DNA of 64,000 nucleotides from Myxococcota bacterium (GTDB lineage Bacteria; Myxococcota_A; UBA796; GCA-2862545). The notes beneath the pieces were generated by a model, which saw only the letters and a program-made list of their open reading frames with translations, made no database searches and was not told the DNA's origin. Both the position numbers and the translations under genes were made by a program. Shown here one piece after another: positions 1 through 9,957 of the stretch. Position 1 is the stretch's first letter; each line of letters starts with the position of its first letter. The stretch covers positions 64,001 to 128,000 of the forward strand of contig JBCCQY010000002.1 in assembly GCA_039208735.1 (NCBI GenBank), in the 5' to 3' direction.

Positions 1-1
1 A

Positions 2-1291
2 AAGGGCCGCGATCTCGCCATTCGCGCGGACGGGGTGAGCATTGGCGGCGGCTGGTTCATGAGTCGGGCGAAGATCGACGGGCTCGTGCGGTTTCCGGCC
101 TCGACAATCGGCAACCAACTTCGGTTTTCAGGGGCGTCCATCACGGTCAATCAGGGACCCGCGGTGTTCGCCAATGGCATCACCGTCAAGCGCGATGTGG
201 TGCTCGCCGACGGATTCGCGACCGCGGGAGGGCTGACGTTCGATCAGTCACGCGTTCACGGTACCCTGAACCTGCGCGGATCCCGCATGGCGAGCGCCCA
301 TCAGGTCCGGGGCGAGCATGTCCAGATCCCCGACGAACGAGGGGAACAGTTGGTGACCCGTTACGACACGAGCGCCTTCAGCTTGGTCGACTCGGTGGTG
401 GATCGGCTGCAGATGCCTCGCGAAGGGGATCACCGCCCCCAAGGCATTGTCGACCTGTCCCGAGCCCAAGCCGGGTCCCTCGACGACCATGCCGATGCCT
501 GGCCCCCTCACGGGCCGGACGTGGATGACACCTTCGACCACCTCGTCCTGGACGGCTTCACCTACAACCACCTCGAAAACCCTGCCGGCGTGGACGAGGG
601 CGATGGTCGGTCGGATGCGCCGGTGTGGTCGCAACGGCTGGCCTGGCTCGAAGGCCAAGCCCAGCGAGATCTCGACGAACTCTTCCGACCGGCCCCTTGG
701 ATTCAGCTTGCGGGCCGGCTTCGCGCACAGGGCTACCAAGAGGACGCCCGTCAGATCACCATCGCGCGGGAACGGCGCCATCGCCGAAGTGCGTCCGTGC
801 GGGTTCGGGAACGATGGCAGAGCGTGCTTCTCGATTGGTTTGCCTTGTACGGCCACAATCCGTGGCGCACGGTGGGCTGGATCGTGGTCTTCGTCCTGCT
901 GTTCGCCGGCGTTTGGTCGGGGGCCGAGCAGATGTGCAAGGCACCCGACTGCCGCGACGAACAGGTGTTCGTTCGCACCAAACGGGGGGAATTCGCGGAC
1001 GATCTCAAGGTCCTGAACGCGACCTACCCGGAGTTCAACGCGCTCGCGTACTCCTTCGACTTGTTCGTGCCGGTCGTGGACTTCGGCCACCGGGAGTTTT
1101 GGCGGCCCAATACGCGATTCCGGCCCCTCGTCGAAGTCCAACTGCCGAAGGAGATCGCACCGGATGTACGGGTCGATCTCACCGTCGGTGAGCTGCTCTA
1201 CATCCTCACCATCGTCGAGATGGTGCTCGGGCTCATTCTCACCTCCCTCGCCGTCACGGGCTTCACGGGCATCATCGCGTCCGAGGTGTGA
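2..1291 (+). CDS. 5'-truncated membrane-anchored beta-solenoid repeat protein (membrane-associated oxidoreductase-like family)
   Basis: Frame is open from the window edge. Repetitive beta-solenoid-like N-terminal part, then LDGFTY, PWIQLA, ALYGHNPWR and YSFDLFVPVVDFG motifs and C-terminal TM helices. Confidence 0.65.
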   Translation, partial: KGRDLAIRADGVSIGGGWFMSRAKIDGLVRFPASTIGNQLRFSGASITVNQGPAVFANGITVKRDVVLADGFATAGGLTFDQSRVHGTLNLRGSRMASAHQVRGEHVQIPDERGEQLVTRYDTSAFSLVDSVVDRLQMPREGDHRPQGIVDLSRAQAGSLDDHADAWPPHGPDVDDTFDHLVLDGFTYNHLENPAGVDEGDGRSDAPVWSQRLAWLEGQAQRDLDELFRPAPWIQLAGRLRAQGYQEDARQITIARERRHRRSASVRVRERWQSVLLDWFALYGHNPWRTVGWIVVFVLLFAGVWSGAEQMCKAPDCRDEQVFVRTKRGEFADDLKVLNATYPEFNALAYSFDLFVPVVDFGHREFWRPNTRFRPLVEVQLPKEIAPDVRVDLTVGELLYILTIVEMVLGLILTSLAVTGFTGIIASEV

Positions 1292-2429
1292 GCAAGTCGT
1301 CGTAGAGCGCCTCGTAGGCGCTGACGCGGGCTTGGATTTCGAACCGCTCGACCGCATGGGCCCGGGCCGCACGTCCCAACGCCTGCTGCCGTTCGGGATG
1401 GGAAAGCACCTCGACCACGCGCTCCGCAAGCGCATCGACGTCGTCAGGGGGGACCAGGAAGCCCGTCTCTCCATCGACGACCACCTCGGGGAGGCCACCG
1501 ACTCGATAGGCGACCACGGGAACGCCGCACGCCAAGGCCTCGAGCGCGGCCAGACCGAAGCTCTCGGTGCGACTCGGCAGCACGAACACCGAGGCCTCGC
1601 GTACGAGCGCCTCGGGATGCGCCTGGTTGCCGATCAAGCGGGCCCGGTCCGACAACCCCACCTGCCGCAAGCGCGCTTCGACATTTCGCCGCTCGGGCCC
1701 ATCCCCCACCAGCAGCAATCGGGCGTCGGTCCGTGCCAACACTCGCGTGAACATCTCGACGAGTTGCTCGACCTGTTTGACCGGTCGAAAGTTGCTGACA
1801 TGCACGATCACCGGGACATCGTCGTCGCCGAAGAGGGCCGCGAGCCGTGGCCTTCCCCGCTGGGACGGGTCGATCGGCTTGTACACGTGGGGGTCCACGA
1901 AATTGGGAATGACCGAGATCGGCCGTTCTTCGGGAGAGAGCGCAAGCGATTGGTAGGTGTCTTCGCGCAGCGAGCGCGAGGGGGTGGTGACGGCATCGGA
2001 CTGCAGGATGCTGTGACGCACGATGGGCCGGTAGCCTTCGTCTTGCCCAATGAGCGTGACGTCGGTGCCGTGCAACGTGGTGACGATGCGCATCTTGGGC
2101 CCCAGTGCCTCCCGGGCCATCCACGCGGCCGCCGCATGGGGCAACGCGTAGTGCGCATGGACGAGATCGAGGCCCGAGTGGGTGGCCACTGAGACGAGGG
2201 TCGAGGCCAACGCAAGGGTGTAGGGAACGTGAGGAAACACCGGGTAGGTCGCGGCATTCACCTGATGGAAGAACACGTTGTCGAGGTTGCGGGACAACCG
2301 ACGGGGCACATCCGTGCTCACGAAGTGCACGACGTGTCCTCGGCGCGCAAGCTGTACGCCGATTTCGGTCGCGATGATCCCACTGCCGCCGAACGTCGGG
2401 TAGCACAGCACACCAATGCGCAAACTCAT
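1272..2429 (-). CDS. bshA: N-acetyl-alpha-D-glucosaminyl L-malate synthase (GT4 glycosyltransferase)
   Basis: CYPTFGGSGIIATE, HAHYALPHA, TTLHGTDVT, HVSNFRPVK and ESFGLAALEA motifs; coupled to bshB1/bshC. Confidence 0.95.
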   Translation of the reverse strand: MSLRIGVLCYPTFGGSGIIATEIGVQLARRGHVVHFVSTDVPRRLSRNLDNVFFHQVNAATYPVFPHVPYTLALASTLVSVATHSGLDLVHAHYALPHAAAAWMAREALGPKMRIVTTLHGTDVTLIGQDEGYRPIVRHSILQSDAVTTPSRSLREDTYQSLALSPEERPISVIPNFVDPHVYKPIDPSQRGRPRLAALFGDDDVPVIVHVSNFRPVKQVEQLVEMFTRVLARTDARLLLVGDGPERRNVEARLRQVGLSDRARLIGNQAHPEALVREASVFVLPSRTESFGLAALEALACGVPVVAYRVGGLPEVVVDGETGFLVPPDDVDALAERVVEVLSHPERQQALGRAARAHAVERFEIQARVSAYEALYDDLLTPRTR

Positions 2430-3163
2430 CGGTAGGGTCCAAACGCTTGCGGCGATTGATGGGCGAAGTACGCCACGGGGTCAGGCACCGGCACCGGTCC
2501 GTTCAACACGTAGGGCTCTCCGTGTTCGACCCCGATGCTCGCGCCCCAATAGCGGTCGCGGGCTTCGAAGGCGCCGACCCCCAACGGGTCGTTGATGAGG
2601 GTCTGACGTGCCCCTTCGGCACGAAATTGGCTCGCATAACAGTCGATCGCGCGACGTTTGGTGTCGGCGAACGCGGTGATGTCGACGACAAAGTCGGGCC
2701 TTGGGTCACGCCGCTGACCGTAGTGCCATCGGTGGGTTAGCCGATGCGGAGGTCCCAGATCGGGCCAGCGATTGCGCACGCCCGCCCAGAAACACGCATC
2801 GGCCACCAAGGTTGCGGCTGCGGCGTGGTCCGGGTGCCGAGCTTCGGCCCACGGCCCCAGCACGATGCGGGGCTGGATGCGTCGCACCGTCGCCACAAGC
2901 GAGCGCAGTTGGTTGTCATCGGCCCCCCTCAACCCGCCATCGGGCAGGCCAAGGTTGCCCCGCTGGGCAACGCCGAGCACCTCCGCCGCCGCCGCCGCCT
3001 CGACCGCGCGCACCGCAGGCGTTCCGTTGGTGGCGAGTTCACCCCGCGTCAGATCGACGATGTGCACCACATGGCCTTGGGCGGTCGACCGAGCCACCAG
3101 GCCACCACACGACAGCTCCACATCGTCGGGATGCGCACCGAACACCAGCAGATCGACCGTCAC
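2426..3163 (-). CDS. bshB1: Bacillithiol biosynthesis deacetylase (PIG-L/LmbE family)
   Basis: GAHPDDVELSCGG, DLTRGE and RHPDH motifs. GTG start at 3163 overlaps the bshC stop (GTGA). Confidence 0.92.
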   Translation of the reverse strand: MTVDLLVFGAHPDDVELSCGGLVARSTAQGHVVHIVDLTRGELATNGTPAVRAVEAAAAAEVLGVAQRGNLGLPDGGLRGADDNQLRSLVATVRRIQPRIVLGPWAEARHPDHAAAATLVADACFWAGVRNRWPDLGPPHRLTHRWHYGQRRDPRPDFVVDITAFADTKRRAIDCYASQFRAEGARQTLINDPLGVGAFEARDRYWGASIGVEHGEPYVLNGPVPVPDPVAYFAHQSPQAFGPYR

Positions 3164-4722
3164 GGGAGCGCCAAGGATCGCAGGGTTCCGTTCCAGGGCT
3201 CGATCGCCTCGATCAGCGCGGGCACCACGCGCTCCCAGCCCGACCGTGCCACCAACGTGGGCAACGACTGCGCCCGCTCTTGCGGGGCCCCTGCGGGCAC
3301 ATACCAATCGCACAACCGATTCAGGCGCCGCATCGCGATGGCGTTGTCTCGTGCGAGCGCCCTGCGGTAGCGTGCGATGAGCCGCTCCACGGCCCTGGTG
3401 ACCGTGGCCTGAGTCTTTGCCACCGACTTGCCAAGGCCCTTCGATCGTGCTTTGGCCTCCGGCGCACTGCGGTCAAGGGCATCGACCAGTGCGTTGCAAG
3501 CGCTCTGCCACGCCTCGAACGGTCCTTCTTCGACCGAGACGAGGTCGGCCAACAGTTCGTCGCGGGGCAAGGCCAGCCGGTCAAGCGACCATCCCCAGTT
3601 CTCGAGAATGCGGTCGCAAGCGGGGTCGCGAATCACGAAGCGGGGACGAGGAACCACCAACGGCATGGGAAGGTCGAAGTGCGCATAGACCGGGGGCAGT
3701 TGGGCGAAGTAGGCAATCTCACCTGGGCCCCCCAGGTAGGCCGCGGTCGGCAGCAGTCGGTCCTGAAGAATGGGCCGAAGCATCGCCGAAGTTGAAAAGG
3801 CACCGGTCGAAAGGTCCTTCACGGTGCGGTCGGTACCCACGAGCGACCAATCGTCGGTCGGCCCCGGTTCGAGCCGGTAGCGCGGCCCGTCGGGACCTTC
3901 GGGGTGGAAGAACGACAACGGTGCGCCAGGGCGAACGTGAATGGGAGCGACGAATCCCGCCGCGTTCAGGCCCTCGCTCCATTGTCGCGCGCGTTGGGCC
4001 AGCGTGGCCGCCTCGGTCACCGCCTGCTCGTGCAAGGGACGCGCCGCTTGTTGCACCCGGAGATCTCGCGGGTCCACGATCAACAGTCCATGCGGCGCGA
4101 ACAGGTCCTGCATCAATTCGGCAAAGGCCCCGGTCCAGGTTTGGTCCGGTGCATAGGCCTTACGGATCCGCGTGATGGTGGTGGGGCCATGGGGCAACTC
4201 ACGAATCGCTCGATCGAGCTGTTCGATCGCCTGGGTCGCGGCCGGTCCGATCGAACGCGCCCCCACCGACCGGCGGCGCTCGAGGGTGCTGGGCACAGCG
4301 ATGACCTGCCGTTCGCTGGCCGCATCGACGACGGCGGCGGTGGCGATCTCGTCGAAGTCGTGGTCTTCGCTCTGCAGCCAAAACACCGGCACGCATGGCG
4401 TACCGGTCGTCGCCTCAAGGACCTGGGCATGACGAATCGCGCCGGCGGCCTTGAACAGGGTGTAGAGCGGTCCACCGAACAGGCCCGCCTGTTGACCGGT
4501 GACCACACAAACCGACCCCGTACGGGCCAACTGGTCGCGATTGCGAGCCTGCGCATCCGTGCGGGTCTCGACCGCCCCCACGACCGCTGGATGAACGGAT
4601 CGCGTGGCCGCTCGGGCAACCGTCTCGCGACGGGCGGTAGGATCGCGGAAGGCCGCCGGCAGCCAGCGTAATGCTTGGTCCTCTCCGGCCAACCATGCCG
4701 CTGTCAACGTCGTTGGGCCCAT
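3160..4722 (-). CDS. bshC: Bacillithiol biosynthesis cysteine-adding enzyme
   Basis: VVTGQQAGLFGGPLYTLFKA, FWLQSEDHDFDEI, GGPGEIAYFAQL and PQER motifs. Start codon is a best guess. Confidence 0.92.
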   Translation of the reverse strand: MGPTTLTAAWLAGEDQALRWLPAAFRDPTARRETVARAATRSVHPAVVGAVETRTDAQARNRDQLARTGSVCVVTGQQAGLFGGPLYTLFKAAGAIRHAQVLEATTGTPCVPVFWLQSEDHDFDEIATAAVVDAASERQVIAVPSTLERRRSVGARSIGPAATQAIEQLDRAIRELPHGPTTITRIRKAYAPDQTWTGAFAELMQDLFAPHGLLIVDPRDLRVQQAARPLHEQAVTEAATLAQRARQWSEGLNAAGFVAPIHVRPGAPLSFFHPEGPDGPRYRLEPGPTDDWSLVGTDRTVKDLSTGAFSTSAMLRPILQDRLLPTAAYLGGPGEIAYFAQLPPVYAHFDLPMPLVVPRPRFVIRDPACDRILENWGWSLDRLALPRDELLADLVSVEEGPFEAWQSACNALVDALDRSAPEAKARSKGLGKSVAKTQATVTRAVERLIARYRRALARDNAIAMRRLNRLCDWYVPAGAPQERAQSLPTLVARSGWERVVPALIEAIEPWNGTLRSLALP

Positions 4723-4977
4723 GGCCGAGAGAGTGCTGTCGTAGCCGGCCAAAAGCCGGTCACAAATGGTCGCTGCTTGATTCCACCTTCGGGCTCTGCC
4801 ATACACATCGCACCGTTCCCGAGCTGGTCCGGACCCAGGAGCCTGCGTGTCGAACGACGCCGACCATCCCGACGCCCCGCCCCCTCTCCTCGGCCACTGG
4901 CGAAACCTTTATGCGCTTGTGATCGGAGCCCTCGCCGTACAGATCGTGCTGTATTCCTGGGTTTCGTGGATGCTGTC

Positions 4978-6660
4978 GTGACCGGTCTCGATTGGGTTGT
5001 GATGCTCGGCACCATCGCAACCATCGTGGTCTACGGCCTGTGGCAATCCCGTCGAGGCACCTCGGCCGCGAGCTACCTCAAAGGCGAGGACCTTCGCTGG
5101 CCGACGATTGGGCTTTCGATCATGGCCACCCAGGCCTCCGCGATCACCTTCCTTTCGGTGCCCGGACAGGCCTACGAAGACGGCATGGGCTTCGTGCAGT
5201 TCTACTTTGGGCTGCCCATCGCGATGGTCATCATCAGCGCGGTGTTCGTGCCCATCTACTACAGACTCAAGGTCTACACGGCCTACGAGTACCTCGAACA
5301 GCGATTCGACGTGAAGGTTCGGGTCCTGGCGGCCCTCTTGTTCATGGTCGGCCGGGGACTCGCGGCGGGCATTAGCATCTACGCACCTGCCATCGTGCTT
5401 TCCACGATTCTGGGGTGGTCGCTCAACATCACGAATGTGGTGATTGGTGCGACCGTCATCCTGTACACCGTCACCGGTGGGGCCAAAGCGGTCAGTCAGA
5501 CCCAACGTCAGCAGATGATCGTGATCATGGCGGGCATTCTCATTGCCGCCGTCGTCATCGCCTGGCGCTTGCCCACCGGCGTGTCGGTCCTCGATGCCGC
5601 CACGGTCGCCGGAGCGGTTGGTCGTATGGAAATCGTGAGTTTCGACCTCGATCCGACGAGCCGCTACACCGTCTGGTCGGGCCTCACCGGAGGGCTCTTT
5701 CTCGCGCTATCCTACTTTGGAACCGATCAGTCCCAGGTCCAGCGCTACCTCGGCGGCCGATCGGTGGCCGAGAGCCGTCTGGGACTCCTGTTCAACGGGC
5801 TGCTGAAGATTCCCATGCAGCTCCTCATCTTGTTCATCGGCATCCTTGTGTTCGCGTTCCACGTGTTCGAGGAACCGCCGATCTTCTTCAACGAAACTGC
5901 CCTTGCCGAAGTACGACAGACCGAACAAGCCGCGGAACTCGCCGGACTCGAAGCCTCGTTCTCCAATGCCTTCGAGGCCCGACGCGCCGCGGCAGAAGCC
6001 GTCGTGACCTCGGACAGCCCATCCGCCAGGGCCGCGTTGCAAGACGCCCAGGCCCAGATGGAGGTGCTGCGCAGTGACGCGAAGCGGGTCATCGCCGAGG
6101 CCGTGCCAGGCACCGAGACCAAAGACCAAGACTTCATTTTCATCTCGTTTGTGCTGCACTATCTCCCGTCGGGACTCATCGGACTGCTTCTCGCCGTGAT
6201 CTTGAGTGCCGCGATGAGCAGCACGGCGAGTGAACTCAATGCGCTTGGCGCCACCTCGGTGGTGGATCTCTACGGACGACTCTTCGATCGCAATGCCGAT
6301 GACCAGCGCACCATCGCCCTGTCCAAAGGGTTCACGGTGCTGTGGGGCCTCATCGCGATTGCGTTCGCCACGTTCGCGTCGCTCGTCGACAACCTCATCC
6401 AGGCGGTCAACATCATCGGCTCGTTGTTCTATGGCGTAAGCCTCGGCTTGTTCCTGGTGGGCTTCTTCCTCAAGCGGGTGCAGGCCAACGCCACGTTCGT
6501 GGCTGGGCTCCTCGCCCAGGCCGCCGTATTGGGCCTGTACTTCACCGCCGACATCGGTTTTCTTTGGTTCAACCTCATCGGATGCGTCCTCGTGGTGGTT
6601 CTCGCCCAGGCGGGACAGCTCGTCCGTGGCGCATCCCCATCCCCAGGAGAGCCCTCATGA
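4978..6660 (+). CDS. Sodium:solute symporter (SSS/SLC5 family)
   Basis: SIMATQASAITFLSVPG, YFGTDQSQVQRYL and SAAMSS motifs; many TM segments. GTG start is approximate. Confidence 0.9.
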   Translation: MTGLDWVVMLGTIATIVVYGLWQSRRGTSAASYLKGEDLRWPTIGLSIMATQASAITFLSVPGQAYEDGMGFVQFYFGLPIAMVIISAVFVPIYYRLKVYTAYEYLEQRFDVKVRVLAALLFMVGRGLAAGISIYAPAIVLSTILGWSLNITNVVIGATVILYTVTGGAKAVSQTQRQQMIVIMAGILIAAVVIAWRLPTGVSVLDAATVAGAVGRMEIVSFDLDPTSRYTVWSGLTGGLFLALSYFGTDQSQVQRYLGGRSVAESRLGLLFNGLLKIPMQLLILFIGILVFAFHVFEEPPIFFNETALAEVRQTEQAAELAGLEASFSNAFEARRAAAEAVVTSDSPSARAALQDAQAQMEVLRSDAKRVIAEAVPGTETKDQDFIFISFVLHYLPSGLIGLLLAVILSAAMSSTASELNALGATSVVDLYGRLFDRNADDQRTIALSKGFTVLWGLIAIAFATFASLVDNLIQAVNIIGSLFYGVSLGLFLVGFFLKRVQANATFVAGLLAQAAVLGLYFTADIGFLWFNLIGCVLVVVLAQAGQLVRGASPSPGEPS

Positions 6661-7487
6661 TCCTTTCCCTGCTGCTCGCGAACCCCGCTGTGGCCCAGGG
6701 TCTGCCTATTCCCGCGGTGTCACCGCGAGCCGAGGTGATGCAAGAGGTCGGCGTCGTCGAGATCCGCGTCAACTACGCAAGCCCGGCCAAGCGCGACCGG
6801 GTGATCTGGGGAGAACTCGTGCCCTTCGGCGAGTTGTGGCGGACCGGCGCGAACGCGGCGACCACGCTGTCGGTGTCGGCCCCCGTTTCGATCGGCGGAA
6901 CGACGGTGGAAGCGGGCAAGTACGCCCTGTTCACGATTCCTTCTGAGGAAAGCTGGACCATCATCCTCAACTCGAACGCGGACCAAGGCGGCACGGGCAG
7001 CTACACCGAAGACCTCGACGTGCTGCGACTCGACGTGAAGCCCCAGATGGGCGGGGAGCTCGAGCGGCTCACCTTCTCATTCCACGACACGACGGCGTCC
7101 GAGACCTCCCTCGACTTGGCTTGGGACGGCGTGCAGGTGTCGATTCCCATCGAGGTCGACACGGGCAAGATGATGGACGATGCGGTGGCGGCCTACATTT
7201 CGGGCTCCTCCCGGCGTCTTGCTTCGGCGGCCCGTCACTATTCTCGGTCCGGCGAGCACGACAAGGCCCAGGACGCGATCGACGCCGCCCTGCGCATCGA
7301 AGACAACTGGTACAACCTGTGGACCAAGGCCGAAGCCTACCGTGCGGCCGACGATCGACGTCAGGCGCTTCGCTACGCCAAGAAGGCCCAGCGGGCGGGA
7401 AAGGCGGCCGAGTCCGATGGGGGGAGCTTCCCGAAGTTCTATGCCGAACGCATCGACAAAGCGCTGACCGACTGGCGTAAGGGATAG
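6657..7487 (+). CDS. DUF2911 domain protein with C-terminal TPR-like helices (secreted)
   Basis: Signal peptide; SPRAEVMQEVG, WGELVPFGELWRTGAN and GKYALFTIP motifs. ATGA overlap with the SSS gene. Confidence 0.85.
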   Translation: MILSLLLANPAVAQGLPIPAVSPRAEVMQEVGVVEIRVNYASPAKRDRVIWGELVPFGELWRTGANAATTLSVSAPVSIGGTTVEAGKYALFTIPSEESWTIILNSNADQGGTGSYTEDLDVLRLDVKPQMGGELERLTFSFHDTTASETSLDLAWDGVQVSIPIEVDTGKMMDDAVAAYISGSSRRLASAARHYSRSGEHDKAQDAIDAALRIEDNWYNLWTKAEAYRAADDRRQALRYAKKAQRAGKAAESDGGSFPKFYAERIDKALTDWRKG

Positions 7488-7541
7488 GCCTCCCCAATAT
7501 TCGGACCCCGAGCGCGTTGTCGCAGCGAGCCCGGGAGTCCC

Positions 7542-8819
7542 ATGCTTCTTCTCTTTGCGGTGGCCTGCGCACCCGATGATGCGAGCCCGACCTACTACCA
7601 AGATGTGGCCCCCCTCCTCGCCGAACGCTGCGAGGGGTGCCATCGAAGCGGTGGAATCGGAACGTTTCCGTTCGAGAGCTACGATGCGGTGGCCCCCCTC
7701 GCGCCACTCATCGCGGAGAGCACGGCATCGGGGCAAATGCCTCCGTGGCCTGCGGTTGAAAGCGAGACCTGCACGCCGCCCCACGGCTGGGTTGACGATC
7801 TGCGCCTCACGGACCACGCCATCGATCTGCTCACGGCGTGGGATGCCGCGGGAGCGCCAGCCGGCGAGGTGGCGGAGGTGGTGGTTCCTCCCGATCTCAC
7901 CGCCCTGCCCGAGCCGTCGCTCACCCTGACGCCCAGCACGTCCGTGACCATTGAGGGCACCGAGGACCAATACCTGTGCCGATCCCTCGACCCAGGCTTG
8001 GACGCGCCCGTTTGGATCACGGGCCTGCAGGTCCAGCCCGGCGACCCTGCGGTCGTGCATCACGCCCTCGTGTTTGCCGACCCCACGGGAGCGTCCGCGT
8101 CCCGTGGCGACGACGTCTGGCCGTGTTTCGGAGGCAGCGGCGTGCCCAACACCAGCCTGCTCCAGCCGTGGGCTCCCGGGCAGTTGCCCTACGAGTTGCC
8201 GCCTGACACGGGCTTTCCGTTGCCGGCGGGGGGCCGTTTTGTGGTCTCGACCCACTACCATCCCGTGCCCGGCGAAGTGCATGAGGACGCCAGCAGCCTC
8301 GAAATCCGATTCAGCCCCACTCCACCTGCTCGGCGGGCCCTCGTGACGTTGATCGGCAACGGACGCGGGCTCCAGCCGGGGCCAAGCGACCGGGGAGCCC
8401 CCGAGTTTCGCATCCCGAGTGGGGCCAAGAACCACGTCGAAACGATGGTCTTCGACAACCCCGCCGACGCCTTGACCTTCAAGGTGTTCAGCGTCGGGGG
8501 CCACCTGCATTGGGTCGGTACCTCCATCGAGGTGCGAATCGAGCGCGCAGATGGCGATACCTGCCTGCTCAACATCCCTGACTGGGACTTCGATTGGCAG
8601 ATGCTGTACCGCTACGATGCACCATTCGATGCGCTTCCCGAGATTCGGCCGGGAGACCGCCTCGTGGTTCGTTGCACGTACGACAACACCCTCGACAATC
8701 CCGAAGTGGCGACCTTGCTCGCCGAAGAGGGGCTCACCGAGCCGATCGACGTGGAGCTGGGAGAAGCGACCACCGATGAGATGTGCCTCACCATGCTCGG
8801 GCTCGCTCCGGTGCTGTGA
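7542..8819 (+). CDS. Lipoprotein, Cu type II (PHM/DBH-like) monooxygenase with N-terminal CxxCH motif
   Basis: Lipobox-like AVAC, CEGCH, VVHH, HYH, HLH, WDFDWQ and EMC motifs. Confidence 0.75.
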   Translation: MLLLFAVACAPDDASPTYYQDVAPLLAERCEGCHRSGGIGTFPFESYDAVAPLAPLIAESTASGQMPPWPAVESETCTPPHGWVDDLRLTDHAIDLLTAWDAAGAPAGEVAEVVVPPDLTALPEPSLTLTPSTSVTIEGTEDQYLCRSLDPGLDAPVWITGLQVQPGDPAVVHHALVFADPTGASASRGDDVWPCFGGSGVPNTSLLQPWAPGQLPYELPPDTGFPLPAGGRFVVSTHYHPVPGEVHEDASSLEIRFSPTPPARRALVTLIGNGRGLQPGPSDRGAPEFRIPSGAKNHVETMVFDNPADALTFKVFSVGGHLHWVGTSIEVRIERADGDTCLLNIPDWDFDWQMLYRYDAPFDALPEIRPGDRLVVRCTYDNTLDNPEVATLLAEEGLTEPIDVELGEATTDEMCLTMLGLAPVL

Positions 8820-8846
8820 TAGCCTCCCCGTTCCCCGAGGAGGCCC

Positions 8847-9947
8847 ATGCGAACCGCCCTTGCTGTCATTGCCGGGATCGTCCTACTGACGCTTGCCTAT
8901 TTCTTGCTGTGGCCGGTACCGGTTGACCCGGTCGCCTGGGATCCACCCCCGAACGCGGGGTACACCGGTGCCCACGCGACCAACCAACGGCTCGCAACGC
9001 TTGAGCGTGTCGCCGTGCCCGAACTGACGGGCCCCGAGGACCTCGTCCAATCGCCCGAGGGCACCCTCTATACGACGTCCCATGAGGGGGTCATCGCACG
9101 GATGGAGCCCGGCTCGGACGGATTTACGCCCTGGGTCACCCTCGAAGGGCGTCCGTTGGGCATCGATTGGGATGCCTCGGCCGACCGGCTCGTGGTGGCC
9201 GATGCGTACGAGGGGTTGTACGCGGTTGGGCGAGACGGCACGGTCACCGAACTTGCGACCGAAGCCGACGGCATTCCGATTCGCTACGCCGATGACGTTG
9301 TGGCCGCCTCAGACGGTCGGTTGTACTTTTCGGACGCGAGCACCAAGTTCGGGGCCCATGAACACGGCGGCACCTACGAGGCAAGCCTGCTCGACATCAT
9401 GGAGCACGGTGGCCACGGCCGAATCCTCGTGTACGACCCCACCACCCAAGTCACCACCACGTTGGTCGACGGGCTCGAGTTTGCCAATGGCGTGGCGCTG
9501 AACCCCGCAGAGACGGTTTTGTACGTGGCCGAAACCGGCATGTACCGAATCCTGGCCATTCCCCTCTCCGGATCTCGCAAGGGTGCCAAAGACGTGTTCA
9601 TCGACAACCTGCCCGGCTTTCCCGACAACCTGTCCCGGGGTCAGGACGGACGGATCTGGGTCGGCCTGGTGTCGAGCCGACGCGCCATCGTGGACCAAAT
9701 CGCGCCAAGCCCATTTGTGCGCCGCATCATTCAGCGGTTGCCGCGGTTCACCCGACCGGAGGCCACCCGCTACGGACACGTCGTCGCCATCGATGCGTTG
9801 GGACGAGTGGTCGCCGATCTGCAAGATCCTTCGGGGAGCTTCGCCCGAACCACCGGTGCGCTTGAAGTCGGCGAGACGCTGTGGATTTCGTCGCTGCACG
9901 AGCCCGACCTTGGACGGCTGAACGGCTGGCAATCGACATTGCGCTGA
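8847..9947 (+). CDS. Strictosidine synthase-like / SMP-30 beta-propeller protein
   Basis: GPED, GRPLG, YFSDAS, FANGVAL and NLPGFPDN motifs; N-terminal TM anchor. Confidence 0.88.
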   Translation: MRTALAVIAGIVLLTLAYFLLWPVPVDPVAWDPPPNAGYTGAHATNQRLATLERVAVPELTGPEDLVQSPEGTLYTTSHEGVIARMEPGSDGFTPWVTLEGRPLGIDWDASADRLVVADAYEGLYAVGRDGTVTELATEADGIPIRYADDVVAASDGRLYFSDASTKFGAHEHGGTYEASLLDIMEHGGHGRILVYDPTTQVTTTLVDGLEFANGVALNPAETVLYVAETGMYRILAIPLSGSRKGAKDVFIDNLPGFPDNLSRGQDGRIWVGLVSSRRAIVDQIAPSPFVRRIIQRLPRFTRPEATRYGHVVAIDALGRVVADLQDPSGSFARTTGALEVGETLWISSLHEPDLGRLNGWQSTLR

Positions 9948-9957
9948 GCGCAGCAAC

